Assembly (NCBI GenBank): GCA_050575255.1
Contig: JBNZDD010013590.1
Coordinates: 1,737,534 to 1,801,533 of the forward strand
Length of the DNA stretch: 64,000 nt
Source of the DNA: Harriotta raleighana
Taxonomy: Eukaryota
Reading direction: 5' to 3'
Below, in pieces: positions 22,218 through 35,775 of this stretch (position 1 is the stretch's first letter; each line of letters opens with the position of its first letter). The translations under genes and the position numbers were made by a program. The notes beneath the pieces were generated by a model that was not told the DNA's origin, searched no databases, and saw only the letters and a list, made by a program, of their open reading frames with translations.

Positions 22218-25200
22218 TGACTTCATGACTTCTGTTTTTGCTGTGGATACGTTTGTCCTTCAATTTATCCCTACTATATCCTCACTGGGTATTTGAAAAA
22301 CACTCGGTCTGGAGAAATTCAGAGATAAGGTAATGCATTGCATTGCAGAACTAATTATGATGAAGATTACAAAGGTCAGTGTGAGATTTTTTGCTCTGTG
22401 CACCCTTCTCCTACATTCAGGTCTTATTCTGTGAGTTTGTGATCCCCTTCTCCTTCATGCCATTCCATATCTGAGTGAAAAATAGCAGGTAGAGTGGGTG
22501 AGAAAAATATATTTCACTAGGCTGTGAATGGATTCATCAATACTTAATTAGTTCTACTTTAACAAAATAATCTAGCTGCATAACACAGCATCAAAGTTGA
22601 AATTGTATTAGAAAATAAGATATGTCAGGAAGAAGTGGCTGGTTGATGCTTGGCTTGAGGTTTAGAATCTGTAGGCTATAGGATAGGGTATGTCTCGATC
22701 TTCTGTTCAGCGCTTTGGGACGTCCTCCCGATGTGAAAGGCGCTCTACAAGTAATTTTGTTGTTGTTGTCTTCAGTTTTGAGATTCTGGAATAGACTGCG
22801 TAGTGCAAGGAAGAGTTTTAGGAGTTTCCATTGTAACATTCATTGGTGAGAAGGAAATGGAGGTTGATACACAAAGAACTTTGCCTGCTGGCTATGCATT
22901 TAAGGTGAGCCTGGGTGCAAAAGAGAGTGAGTAGGAGAAAGAAGACTGGAGTCACGGTCAAAGAGGTATGTCTTGCTAGCACAGCATTTGCTGTCACCAG
23001 TAAAATTCTAATATAAATGAGCTATAAAATTATTGGCATATTGCCAGTCAGTCATATCATAGTCACTGAAATTACTGATAACAGATTAATTATGCTGCAG
23101 CCAAGTTAATATTAGGCACACGCAATTTAATTGGAAACATTTCTAATGAAATATAAAAAAGTGTGCTTCTGCTCTTCTATCTCTGCTCTCTTTTGTTTCG
23201 TCATATTCTTCTTCCTCTCATTCTGCCTTCTACATTTTATTACTTAACTGTACATTGCAGAAGATATTTGCAATATTTTATAGCAGATTAAATATGAAAA
23301 TTATATTCAATCTGTTGCAAAATATAATATATATCACTATTATTTCCTAAAATTATGTAGTCCGCAAAACACTAAAACAGATCACATGGGCCAGCTTGTC
23401 TGAACCAATATTTGTACTCCACCCTTCCGAATCATTTTCCCTTCCCCTCGATTTTCTTCTCTCTCATGTAATCAAAATGTTATTACTGTACCTGTTTTTA
23501 CTATTTTCTGTACACTTTACACTCAAACATGTACCTGGCTTTGTGGTACCTTCATAGACCATAGAACTAGGAAGCATATCTACACACATTGGCCTTTAAT
23601 TTACTCTATAAAGATATTTTTTATGTTTTAAACAAAATTATAATTTAAGAATAACAAAAGTTTGCTTGTGGGACTAAACAAATCATCTTATGTCCTTTCA
23701 GACTAATATTTGGTGCTCTGATTATGACAAATCACAGAAGCACTGCTTAAATAGTTAGAAGTATTTAATTGATGGTGCCTAAAGCATTAATCCATCTGCA
23801 TCTATTTACAATGGACGGGTGCACCTCTCAGATTGGATTTAAAAGGTGGCTGTTATTGAGACACTGTTTTGTGCAAATTGACTGTTGTATTTATATCCTG
23901 TGAAGAGCTTTGGGATCTTTTAACAAAGTGTTAAGGCACTATATCAAATGCAAGGATGATTATTATAATCTAAGCACTCTGAGACGCCGTCCGGCGTGGA
24001 GGGCGCTATATAAATCAAAGTTGTTGTTATAATTGATAAGATCACAAGAGAGATTTCAATCACCCAACTTTCCTGGCATTCTGTTCCAGGCATTAGTTAC
24101 TCTCTGAGTAAATAAATACTTTCTGTATCTGTCCTAAAATTGCCCTTTGAAAAAGGTAAAGAATTGCATTGCTGAATTGTGCATGAAAAAACGAAATTTG
24201 TAATTTTAGATTGCATTTTGCGCCAAAATGTCTCAAAGCAGTTCTCAAAAAGACCTAGCACTTAAGAATCTCTGAGTGTGAAAGTGGAAAACTTCCTAGA
24301 ACAATCATCCTTCATCTTGACAAGCACATGCCTCGCATTTAAAAAAAAAGTATATTATCTCTTGATGTCTTGATTACAGCTCCCCAGTCACCAGCAATGT
24401 TGACAGCAGGAACAGAGAGACAAGTGTGCTGGTGAAATTCAACATGTAACTGCAACACATATAAACTGACTGTGTTGATTGTGAGAACAATTAATTCAAT
24501 CGGTGAATTTTTACAAATGACTTGGCAATGACCCAAGCATTACAGCATATTTCAAGCGATTGCACATTTTACGAAGCAGAAAGCATCAGCCCCGGCAAAA
24601 AAGGTAGTGATAAAAGCTCATAGCCTGAAGCTATTATTGTCATTTGCTTCTGATTGCTGAACACTGGGTGACTATTTAATCTAGCTCTTCGCTGTGAGCA
24701 GATGTAATTTCGAACCTTCCTCTCTCCTCTGGGAACTAGATGATGGAAAACATTGGTACCCATGGAGAAGTACAAATGGGTTTCTTTAGGAACTCGCTTC
24801 AAGTAAGTTACTTTTTAAGCAAATTGAAATAGCATCTACACCTTTAGGTTTTGAAAGAATCTTCGAAATTCTGTTGGATAATTTGCTCCTGAACTTCTTT
24901 CATAAACTGGTTTCACAAAACAGCCTGTTGACAATTAGAATTGAATGAATGTTAACCAAATTCATTGCACAGGCAGGGAAACAATTACAGAATGGCTACA
25001 CTCAAACCATTGCAATCTCATTAACATTGTGATTATATTTATTTTTGCCAGTCAGATGTCCTACAGGTGCAGATTTCCAACAGTATATTTATGTGTGTGC
25101 TTACCCACAAAAGTCACAGTGCTTTGCACTATATCCTGTGAAGCGCTTTCGGATGTCCTGCTGATATAAAGGTTCTGTACCAAATGTCATTTTTAAAATA

Positions 25201-25960
25201 CTTAAAGGGAAATTATCATATGTATTTTTTGTAAATGTGAAAAAACTTAAACAGAACTGTGTAAATCTGTAGATATGTGTGTTGGGGGTTGTTTAATAAT
25301 TACTATCACAACAAATGCCGAATTCAGTATCTCAAACATATTTTTACTATCTGGTATGGCTAAAAAAGCAGGGTAGAGAGAGAGTTTCAGTTAAAGATCT
25401 GAGACACTCAAGTAGATAAGCAAGATTGTTTTACTTGATTGTATACTACAGGCTGAGCCTCATGTTGTCAGGCAAAATCTACCGGTGGTATCTTCCTTCA
25501 TCTTGTCATGTCTTTTTCTAGGCTCAATAAATGCCAGCAAAACTTATGGACCTGATTAACGGCTATTTAACGGTCATGTGATGTACTGCAGAGTTGGGCT
25601 GCTGTCTTCTGAATGTCTATTTCCAGATGTTTACACAGATAATTAACACCTGTTTAAATACCTCTTGGTTGTTTTGAAAATCTTTGTTTCTTTCAAACAG
25701 AATATATGCTTTAGATGACACTCAATCTTACCTAAGGGATGAGAGGCGATCAAGTAGGACAGAGAGGTCCACAGTGTCAAAAGCAGGAGAGGCTTGCGGA
25801 GCATAAGGAGGCAGAGAGAGTATGACATTGGTGACTTGGACGAGGACTGTCTTGGATTTGTGGGTAGAATGGAAACAAGACTGGAGGAGCTTGAGCAGAA
25901 AGTTGGTAAAAAGATGATAGCGGAGTTGAGTGCTTTGTAAGACTTTAGGTAGGAAAGATA

Positions 25961-26282
25961 GTAATAATAATAATAATAATCCTTGCCTTTGATACAGCAC
26001 TTTTCATATCTTCTAGACCTCTCAAAGCGCTTCACAGAATATACTGTAAAGTGAATTGACTGTATATTTTGTGGGCAAAATACAGCAGCCAATTGCGCAC
26101 AGCAGTGTCCCACAAACAGACGTAGATTGAAATAACCAATTTATTATTGTTTATTGAGGCATTACTATCAGGTGTGTGGGGTAAAGAAACTTGCCCAAGG
26201 TTTCACCCTCACCTGCCTGGAATTTAATTAGGTCTCTCACTTGTAAGGCAAGTGCTCCAACCACTGAGCTACAGGACTCCAT
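25961..26282 (-). mobile_element. tRNA-headed Deu-domain SINE next to a minus-strand L2 relic (~25720-25960)
   Basis: Full-length reverse copy; the adjacent peptide [16 protein letters not shown]...AFDTVD is L2 RT. Confidence 0.88.
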
Positions 26283-28229
26283 GGGTAGGTTGGTCGATGC
26301 CCTCAGTGATCAATCTGTCCTTCAACTCAGCTCACCTGCAGCTACCCCTACCCTCACCCAACCAGGATAGAATTTAATGTAGTAAAAGCATGGGTTATCA
26401 CTACAATACCTACATTAAAATAATCAGTAACATTACTAGTTGGAACAATACTACAGTACATCAAATATTATTACAGAGGGGAGGAATCTGATTCACTTTG
26501 TTTTCAAATTGGCTTCGTAGAGCTATAAACAGTGACCTTGATATTAAGTGCTACAGAATACAACAGAGAAAAGTAATCAGAGGAAACAATATTTCCAGAA
26601 AACCTGAGCCTCAGGCAGGAACAAAGCTAATATCAGTGAAAGATTTTGAGTTACTTGTAGAAGTGATGAGTAATAAAGTACAAGGCCAAATGTTCTACAA
26701 AGGCACTAGAAAGCAAAGAATGTCATTTTAAGCACTGAGTGTGGTTTCCAGCCATATAGATGTTCTTACTGAGTGAAGCGAGAGCAAAATAGACAACAAT
26801 TACCCATCTTCTGGATGCATTAGAAGTAGAGGAATAGGAGCAAAGGACAAATATCAAAAAACACTAATCACAAATATTGGGTGGAGAATTAAAAACCTGG
26901 CTGAGATCCCAGTTAGCAAATACTTGTAGCTTTTTTGGTGGTGTAAGACTCTAATGGCATTGCCAGATGCTGGTCAACGTAGGTCAACGCTGGTTTCCAT
27001 TCCATTCCAGGACAGACATCCCAAGCATTGTTCATTTTTATGTCAGCCTGTTCAGTTGGTGGCACTCTTGCCTCTGAGTTGGAAGATTGTGGATTCAAGC
27101 CCCATGTTGGGACTTGGAGCTCCTATAGTCGAGCTCCAGTATATTGCTGGGGTGTGCCGCATTTTTGGAGGAGGATGTCCCAAAGCATTTCACGGTGTAT
27201 ATTGTAAAGTAGAGTGATTGTGTTTTTGTCAGCCAATGACAGCAAAATGGCAGCCAATTTTCACATATCAATGTCCCGCAAATGGCAGTGAAGCAAATTA
27301 TCTATTTTTAATTTCCAAATAAGTACCAAAGGATCTTTAACATCCAACTGAACAGGCACAATTGGCCTTGGTTTAGTGTCTCACCCAAAGGCTCTCACCC
27401 CCAACAATGCAATATAATAGAAATGTGTTGAAGTGTCAGCCCAGATGATATAAATTCCAAGTCTCAAATGGGCCTTGAACCTACAACCTTCTGATGTGAA
27501 AAATGCTATCTAATTTTTATTATATTTTATCTTTGAAAAAAAGAGCTGTACAATGCTAGCAAAGTTTATCTGTCACAGACTTGAATTCCAGAGTAAATTT
27601 GTTTAAAATTATCTTTAATTCAATTGAATCCATGTAAATCTTTTGTGGATTATGTGGAAGATGTAATCTCAAAGTCAAGGGCTAAATTCTCCCTTGTGGT
27701 GGAATTTCAAAGACTCAATTGGCTCCCACAGTATACTTGAATAATATTCCTGACATTATCCAATAGAGAAATCAAAACAATCTGCAACATTCTTCTAAAT
27801 TTAACGGATAAAATTGTACCTAACATTGATGTGATTTCCTACCCCATCAATCATTGACAAAATAAACTTTTAACACTGAAAGTATTTTCCAGAAAAGGTA
27901 GATTATCAATGATAATGATCAGAGTATGATCTGTTGCCCAAGAGATATTGCTTCACACAGTAGTAATTTAGGAGTAAAATTATACACATTCGGATTATGA
28001 AGCTACACCTGATAGAGGTGTTTAAAATTATGGAAGCACAAACCAAATAAATAACATAGAACATCTATATGTCAAGTACGATATGAAGTAAGAACAAGGA
28101 ATTAGCAGGGGAAAAAGCGTGTTAATAGTGTGTTAATGTGTTAATATTTAAGGAATCCAATGAGAAAGAGGGAGAACATTATGTCTCTTAGTTATTTAGA
28201 ATAAAAAGATGGCTCAAGAGAGATGCCAG

Positions 28230-28665
28230 TGATGAAACTGCTCCCGAGTTCACCTGCCCTGGTTGGTTTGCGATCACAAATCTGCGATACGAGTGTTGAG
28301 TTCAACTTCTTTATTCAGCAATTGCAATGCTACAAGGTGCACTCAACAGGACAGAGTTTCCTCCGTGCACCGGTGAGTGACGACTACATAAAATCTAGTG
28401 CTGCTTTTTATACAACAAGGTGGTAACGTTTTGTGGATGAAACAGCAATAGATATAAATGCTTTCATCTACTTTGTTACAGAAGTAGAGAGTACATGTTA
28501 CTTTAGCACCTAGTACATATNNNNNNNNNNNNNNNNNNNNNNNNNNNNNNNNNNNNNNNNNNNNNNNNNNNNNNNNNNNNNNNNNNNNNNNNNNNNNNNN
28601 NNCACCAGCACCACATTCTGCAGCTCTGGGACTTTTACCTTCCTTGGTGAATCATGTTTCCATCA
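28230..28665 (-). mobile_element. Probable solo LTR (contains a gap)
   Basis: Inverted termini tgatgaaac / gtttccatca; minus-strand TATAAAA (28406-28412) and AATAAA (28310-28315); U5 end resembles that of the 16556 element. Confidence 0.55.
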
Positions 28666-28797
28666 GTCTCTGTAAACAGGAGTGCCAACGATTAGCTGCT
28701 TGCCTCCGAGATGCTTTTCTTTCTGTGTTCACTCCAGCACAATGGGCTGAGATTACTTCAAGTTGGGTCTTGCTGGATTCAGGGATGGCAAATGCAG

Positions 28798-29130
28798 AAT
28801 CATAGAATCATAGACGTTTACAGCACGGAAGGAGGCCATGCAACCTATTAACTCTACACAGATTCCTAGATCTAAGTGTTCATTCAATTTCAATGCCCTG
28901 TCTTACCTCCTTCTCCTTTCAAGCCTAATTCCTTGATATACTTGTTTTCATAGATTCATAGATTCATAGAATGTTACAGCACAGAAGGAGGCCATTTGGC
29001 CCATCGAGTCAGTGCCGGCTCTTTGACAGAGCAATGTCACTTTCATTAACCCCAATCACCAGCTTTCTCCCCATAACCCTGCAAACCCATCTTCCCCAGA
29101 TACCTATCCAGTTCTCTTCCCTCTTGAAAC
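28798..29130 (-). mobile_element. Two CR1 3' UTR/tail fragments
   Basis: (catagaat/catagatt)n tails followed by cagcac.gaaggaggccat hairpin sequences. Confidence 0.8.
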
Positions 29131-30244
29131 CCATAAGATATTTCATATCCCAACAACTAAAAGCATGTCATAAAAGCCAAAATACTGCAGATGCTGGAAA
29201 TCTGAAGCTAACACAGTGTTATTTAGAATAGAATTGCAGAGTGGAGAAGCAAGACAGAAGAGTTGTCTCTTTTGAAACAGGATGGGAGTTGGATACAAGG
29301 AATTTAACTCTTCACTTAAACATCAGGCGACAGAGGTTTGAGGTTGTGCTACGAGTGACTGCTGATGCTCTTGAATCAGTGATCACCTCACAACCTCGTT
29401 GCTATTTAAAACTTTTGATTCTGTGCTTTAATAAACAAATTGATAAGCATTTTGCACTTTGACATGTAAACAAATTTTGTATTATGCACTACTCACATGA
29501 CCCAAGGTCAGCTTCAATCAATACAGTATTTCTGCAATTTTGCAGAAAAATGACATGTTTGATGGTAATAACAGATTGCTTGTACAAAACTTGTCGTAGT
29601 TGCTTTGTCCTTGAACACCTCATCAATAAATTCACAATGACACACACTGCTGAATTAGAAGAATATATTATCCTTATCCTTTTGAGACTGAAGGTAATGA
29701 ATTCTAGCAGTCTTCTTGGTACAAGAATAACTCAAAACTATTCCATGGGCGCTCTGGAATATACGTATTAAAGCAAACTGCATAATCTCTCTTGTCTTTT
29801 ATGGTTCTTAATAATGTTCATGTTTAAACTTTTAGCCACAGAATGCAATTTTCTTTTTAACATTGTTTTTATCCCACTAAAGTGAAAAGTGATGAGATTG
29901 TGAGGGACAAACTCAATGTAAACTGCATGAACATTGTTTGATACTCAGCCTTTTCCTACTCTCTCTGCCTTCAAAACATGTCTTAAAATCTTTCAACTGC
30001 TTTTTTTTGGCCATTTCCCCTCATCCTTCTTTCTCCCACTCACACAATTCAGATTTCCAGTCAGTTCCAGTCCAAAAGGTACTGTTTGAATGTACAGTAA
30101 ATTGTTGCTGTATCCTTGACCACTCTTCACTAATTACGCATTAACTTTAACAGTTTCCAACCAAAGTTTTTCACTCCATTCATCCATCCCCCAGCTTTGC
30201 ATTTTATCAAAGAACTATCTTGGATTTATATTTTTGTGGATTTC

Positions 30245-30537
30245 TGGAATTCAGTGGCCTTTGCAAGTGGAAGACTGGGATTCAGCCTGAGCAGGTCAGG
30301 GTGAAACTTTGGGCAAGTTTCCTTACCCCACCTGCCTAATAATAATCCCTCAAAAAACACAATAATAATTTGGTCATTCAATCCACGACTGTCTGTGGGA
30401 CACTGCTGTGCACAATTGGCTGCTGCATTTCTGCCATAAATATACAGTCAATTCACTTTACAGTATATTCTGTGAAGTGCTTTGAGATGTCTAGAAGATG
30501 TGACAAGCGCTATATCAAACACGAGGACAATTATAAT
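30245..30537 (+). mobile_element. tRNA-headed Deu-domain SINE
   Basis: Deu core and tail intact, head degraded. Confidence 0.88.
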
Positions 30538-30730
30538 TCTACATTTTTTGTTTTACTCACTCCATTTTATTTCCTTATAAATTTGTGTTACAATTGCGGC
30601 ATTTCTGACTTGTATTAAATTACTTACCTGAACTCTCGTTTCACAATCTATTGATGAATATAAGTTTATGGAGGTGTGCCATTTTAAAAAAAAACTTATG
30701 GCTTCATGTCACTGTTACAGTGTTTATGTT

Positions 30731-31060
30731 GTGGAATTCTGTAGTTTAGAGGTCCGAGCAATTGTCTTGCAAGCTTGGTTCGATTTCTGGGGAGGGTGAA
30801 ACATTATGTTTCCTTACTCCACATGTCTCTGTTTACTTAGCAGTAAGTAGGAACATTGTTAGTTGATTAATGGATCACTTCTCCAGGGATATTGAAGGTC
30901 AGTAAGTAACGCTGCCTTTAGTTGGGTGCAGCATTTTGAGTCCACAGCGGCAATGTGGAAACAGCTGGAGTTTACTTGTACCGATGCTAGTTCTTAGAAA
31001 TAGCAAGACTGGTTGCAGGTATGGCTCCAACCAGATAACTGCATGCAAGACTCAAAATGA
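30731..31060 (+). mobile_element. SINE with the short-family head but a non-Deu body
   Basis: Head matches through gtttccttactccaca, then switches to tgtctctgtttacttagcagtaagtagg. Confidence 0.5.
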
Positions 31061-31820
31061 AAGGGATTCTCCAGTCCATGTGTTCTAGTTCAGGTGAAGA
31101 ATTGCATGTGTATACTACAGTATATAATCTTTTTTTCTCTTTTAGGTACTAGGTGATCTGATCTTCAGGCCCATTGTGTACGGTCTTCAGTTTTTCCTTA
31201 ATTTCACTCTTTTTTTCAAGAAGTAGCCACTTTGTACCTAATTTGGTTTGTCAGATTGGAATTTCATTGAGTTAGTCAGATTGGAATTGCTGCTCTCCAT
31301 TTATAATTTCAAAGAAACACAGGATACAAATTCCACCTGGACTAACTTTAATAAGTGTGCAAAATTTGGCAAATTGCTTAAATTTAAATTCATGGAAACC
31401 AGTTTTCTGCAGGTCTTAAAAAGAACTTTCATGAAACTGCAGTAAATCTAAACTCCAGTNTGTGACACTTCCGAGTGTGCAAAATTTGGCAAATTGCTTA
31501 AATTTAAATTCATGGAAACCAGTTTTCTGCAGGTCTTAAAAAGAACTTTCATGAAACTGCAGTAAATCTAAACTCCAGTGGAATTTTACCCCGTTATCAG
31601 ATTAACCCACTAATAGGGTGAATGAATGCCTCATTTTATCTGAGAATCTCCTTTCTCTTTTTAAATAGGGTCAGAGCATTTATAATGCTCTTGATGGTGG
31701 GAAATATGAATAAAAAATCAAAACAATTACTGTACTACTTATTTCTGATATTTTCTTGAGATCATTACAATAGAATTTTCATTACTGGCTAGTTAGTTGT
31801 GATTGGATACAAAGCTCAAT

Positions 31821-32084
31821 TAATAATGATCTTTGCATTTGATATGGCACTTTTCACATCTTCGAGACATCTCAAAGTGCTTCACAGAATATACTGGAAA
31901 GTGAATTGCTTATATTTGTGGGCAAAACATGGCAGCCAATTGTGCACAACAATGTCCCACAAACAGTCGTGAATTGAAATGACCACTTTAATATTATTAT
32001 CAGGTAAAGAAACTTACCCAAGGTTTCACACTGCCTGGAATCGAAGTAAGGCAAGTGCTCTAACCCGTGAGCTACAGGACTCCA
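31821..32084 (-). mobile_element. tRNA-headed Deu-domain SINE
   Basis: Reverse copy with small internal deletions. Confidence 0.85.
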
Positions 32085-32211
32085 CGATTCATCTACAGGA
32101 CTAATGCAATCATTTGAGCTTTTCTATCAATTAAACACCAGGTTATATAAAAGATATACTTACTCACACTCAAGAACATTAACCTGCCTAACAGCTCCAC
32201 AATCAAATACG

Positions 32212-32600
32212 ATCATAATAATCCTTTTATTTTGGTATAGCACCTTCCACATCAGGAGGATGACTTCAAAAAGCTTCACAGGACATACAGTTAAATGATT
32301 TATGAGCAAACATGGGAGCCAATGTGCACACAACAATTTCCTGCCAACAGTCATGAAATGAATGTCCAATATTATTGTTGGCCCATGAGTTTGGGAGGAA
32401 CTTCCTTTTCTTTTTGAATACTGTCATGGGATCTTTAACATTGATTTGAACAAGCAGAGAAGCTTCGGTTTAAGTTTTCATTGAAAAGAAGTCCATTTAA
32501 CACCCTGCTCTGACCTTCATCACCTCACTGGAGTTTCATCTTACACTATACGAGTTTCAAGTCCTGAAGTGGGATTTAGAACCCACAACCTTCTGACTCG
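32212..32600 (-). mobile_element. Long-form DeuSINE
   Basis: Tail, Deu core, catgggatctttaac body and gaacccacaaccttctgactc head. Confidence 0.7.
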
Positions 32601-33723
32601 GGGTGGGGTGGGGGGGTTGGGGTGGAACTAAGAACTGCCGACTATATGTCATACTGAGCAGAATGATACTGTACTAGGTTGCATATTCCTTTCATTTAAC
32701 TTTGTACAGATTGTTGGTGAAGTTTCTATTTTGACATAGTGTCTATAATATCACAATGTCTCAAAGATTAGGTTTATAAATGTGTAAATTATGCAATAAT
32801 GCTACAATATTCTATAGGCAGTATTGCTTTCCAACCCTCAATCATTTTTGTATTAATTCAAACATTCAGAGGACACTTGCAGCAACTGACAGTCCAGTCC
32901 ACACATATGAGTATAATCATAAATATTCAATGCATTTACCTTACATGTGTGAAAAAGTGAACAAACAATTGCATGGGATCAAAAGAGATTATTTATAAAT
33001 AATAATAATAATCCTTGCATTTGATACAGCGCTTTGGGACATACATCTGGGACATATTAAAGTAAAAAAAAGTATAGTACTTTTTAATTAGAAAAAATAC
33101 AACTGTTTTGCATGATTCTGTTTCTCATGTCGCACAAGTGAATTGTTTGGAAAATAGCTGTTTAATTGCCTCTCGAATTTGCTGACACAAAAAAAAGAAA
33201 TGCTAAAAATAAGTAACTATTACAAAAAAGCAATATCATACAAACAAGTCAAGGTTGTTTATGGCAGTGTAGTTGTCTAATGCACACATCATGTGTTCTG
33301 CAACTAGCTGCTACTTTATGAAATATCTGCTTTTGTTTATTACTTCTCATTTCCCTGTTATGCCTCCAAAGTTAGTCTCATTTAGTATTGACAACAGGAA
33401 CACTAACAGTCTAATTCTGAAACAACACAACAATTGAATCAATGCTACTTCCAGTAATTAGATATGAATGATGGTGCATTGTTTGGCAGTTCACCATCTG
33501 GAATAAACTTGTATCTTGTGAAATTCTACTTCAACATCTTGTATCTTCTACTGGCCTAATTTACTTAATGGTAACTGAGGTATCAAAAGATTTGCATTCC
33601 TTTTTAAAAAGAATCATACAATTTAAACACTATGTCAGAGGAAGTGATCCAAACCGGATTCAGCTGACCCACCAAGATCCTGAGATTCTTGTAATGTTCT
33701 GTGATATTACCCTCAAATCTATT

Positions 33724-35775
33724 AAGAACATAAGAATTAGGAGCAGGAGTAAGCCGTTTGGCCTCTCTAGCCTGCCGCGCCATTCGATAAGATCATGGCT
33801 GATCTTCTGATATAACTCTAATTACCTGCCCTATCTCCATATCCCCTAATCCCTTTATTTTTAAAAAAAATCTATCAGTCTCAGCTTTGAAAATGTTTAA
33901 GGAGAGCATCTACAGCCTTCTGGGGTAGTAAATTCCATAAATTCACTACCCTCNTTTGAAAATGTTCAAGGAGAGCATCTACAGTCTTCTGGGGTAGTAA
34001 ATTCCATAAATTCACTACCCTCTGAGTGAAGAAATGTTTCCTCAACTCTGTTCTAAAAGGCTGACCCTTCATTTTAAGACTGCTTCTAGATTCTCCTACC
34101 AGGGGAAAAGATCCCTCATTGTCTACTTTATCCAGCCCTTTAAGAATCTTATATGTTTCAATAAGATCTCCCCTAATTCTTCTGTACTCTAGAGAATACA
34201 GCCCTAGTTTATTCAACCTATCCTCATAGGTCAGTCCCCTCATCCCAGGAACTAACCTAGTGAATCTACGCTGCACTAGCTCTAAGGGCCGGGAGCGTAC
34301 CCAGCGTCCCAGTGGGGAGGAGGGGGATCGGCCANNNNNNNNNNNNNNNNNNNNNNNNNNNNNNNNNNNNNNNNNNNNNNNNNNNNNNNNNNNNNNNNNN
34401 NNNNNNNNNNNNNNNNNNNNNNNNNNNNNNNNNNNNNNNNNNNNNNNNNNNNNNNNNNNNNNNNNNNNNNNNNNNNNNNNNNNNNNNNNNNNNNNNNNNN
34501 NNNNNNNNNNNNNNNNNNNNNNNNNNNNNNNNNNNNNNNNNNNNNNNNNNNNNNNNNNNNNNNNNNNNNNNNNNNNNNNNNNNNNNNNNNNNNNNNNNNN
34601 NNNNNNNNNNNNNNNNNNNNNNNNNNNNNNNNNNNNNNNNNNNNNNNNNNNNNNNNNNNNNNNNNNNNNNNNNNNNNNNNNNNNNNNNNNNNNNNNNNNN
34701 NNNNNNNNNNNNNNNNNNNNNNNNNNNNNNNNNNNNNNNNNNNNNNNNNNNNNNNNNNNNNNNNNNNNNNNNNNNNNNNNNNNNNNNNNNNNNNNNNNNN
34801 NNNNNNNNNNNNNNNNNNNNNNNNNNNNNNNNNNNNNNNNNNNNNNNNNNNNNNNNNNNNNNNNNNNNNNNNNNNNNNNNNNNNNNNNNNNNNNNNNNNN
34901 NNNNNNNNNNNNNNNNNNNNNNNNNNNNNNNNNNNNNNNNNNNNNNNNNNNNNNNNNNNNNNNNNNNNNNNNNNNNNNNNNNNNNNNNNNNNNNNNNNNN
35001 NNNNNNNNNNNNNNNNNNNNNNNNNNNNNNNNNNNNNNNNNNNNNNNNNNNNNNNNNNNNNNNNNNNNNNNNNNNNNNNNNNNNNNNNNNNNNNNNNNNN
35101 NNNNNNNNNNNNNNNNNNNNNNNNNNNNNNNNNNNNNNNNNNNNNNNNNNNNNNNNNNNNNNNNNNNNNNNNNNNNNNNNNNNNNNNNNNNNNNNNNNNN
35201 NNNNNNNNNNNNNNNNNNNNNNNNNNNNNNNNNNNNNNNNNNNNNNNNNNNNNNNNNNNNNNNNNNNNNNNNNNNNNNNNNNNNGCTTTGGGACGTCCTC
35301 CCGACGTGAAAGGCGCTATATAAATAAAATTTTGATTGAATTTTGATTGATTGAAAACTGCACACATTACTCTAGGTGCGGTCTCACAAAGGCCCTATAC
35401 AGTTGCAGCAAGACTTCCCTACTCTTGTACTCTAAACCTTTTGCAATGAACACTAACATGCTGTTCACCTTCTTAGACTCTCGCTGCTCCCGCAAACTAA
35501 CTTTTTGCGACTGGTGTACAAGGACACCCAAATCCCTCTGAACACTAACACTGTTTAATCTATCCTCCTCTAGAAAATAATCTGTTTTTCTATTTTTGCT
35601 ACCTAGGTGAATAACTTCACACTTCTCCACATTAAATTCCATCTGCCATCTACCTGGCCACTCCCCTAGCCTATCTATATCCCGTTGCAATCTTTTTACA
35701 TCATCCTTAGAGCTTACTCTCCCACTTAGTTTAATGTCATCCGCAAATTTAGATATGGTACATTCAATGTCCTTG
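33724..35775 (-). mobile_element. CR1 LINE (RT C-terminus to tail) interrupted by a + strand insertion spanning the gap
   Basis: ISKFADDIKL, WQMEFNVEKCEVIHLG, QRDLGVLV, LVQRRFTRLVPGMRGLTYEDRL; (aagaacat) tail at ~33724. Confidence 0.92.
34286..35352 (+). mobile_element. Young L2-tailed element, mostly inside the N-gap
   Basis: GC-rich 5' stub before the gap; L2 stem-loop and (GATT)n tail at 35285-35352. Confidence 0.6.

Noticed and set aside
31354-31579. ~105-bp direct duplication
   Set aside because: The copies are identical and separated by a single N at 31460, typical of an unmerged contig overlap.
32600-32625. G-quadruplex-capable G-run
   Set aside because: Low-complexity tract at a SINE edge; such tracts are common here and nothing suggests function.
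33885-34022. ~68-bp tandem duplication in CR1
   Set aside because: The junction is a single N (33954); probably an allelic or contig overlap artefact.
33881-35367. Long ORFs of 344-494 aa
   Set aside because: They run through the N-gap; the real residues are CR1 and L2-tail fragments.
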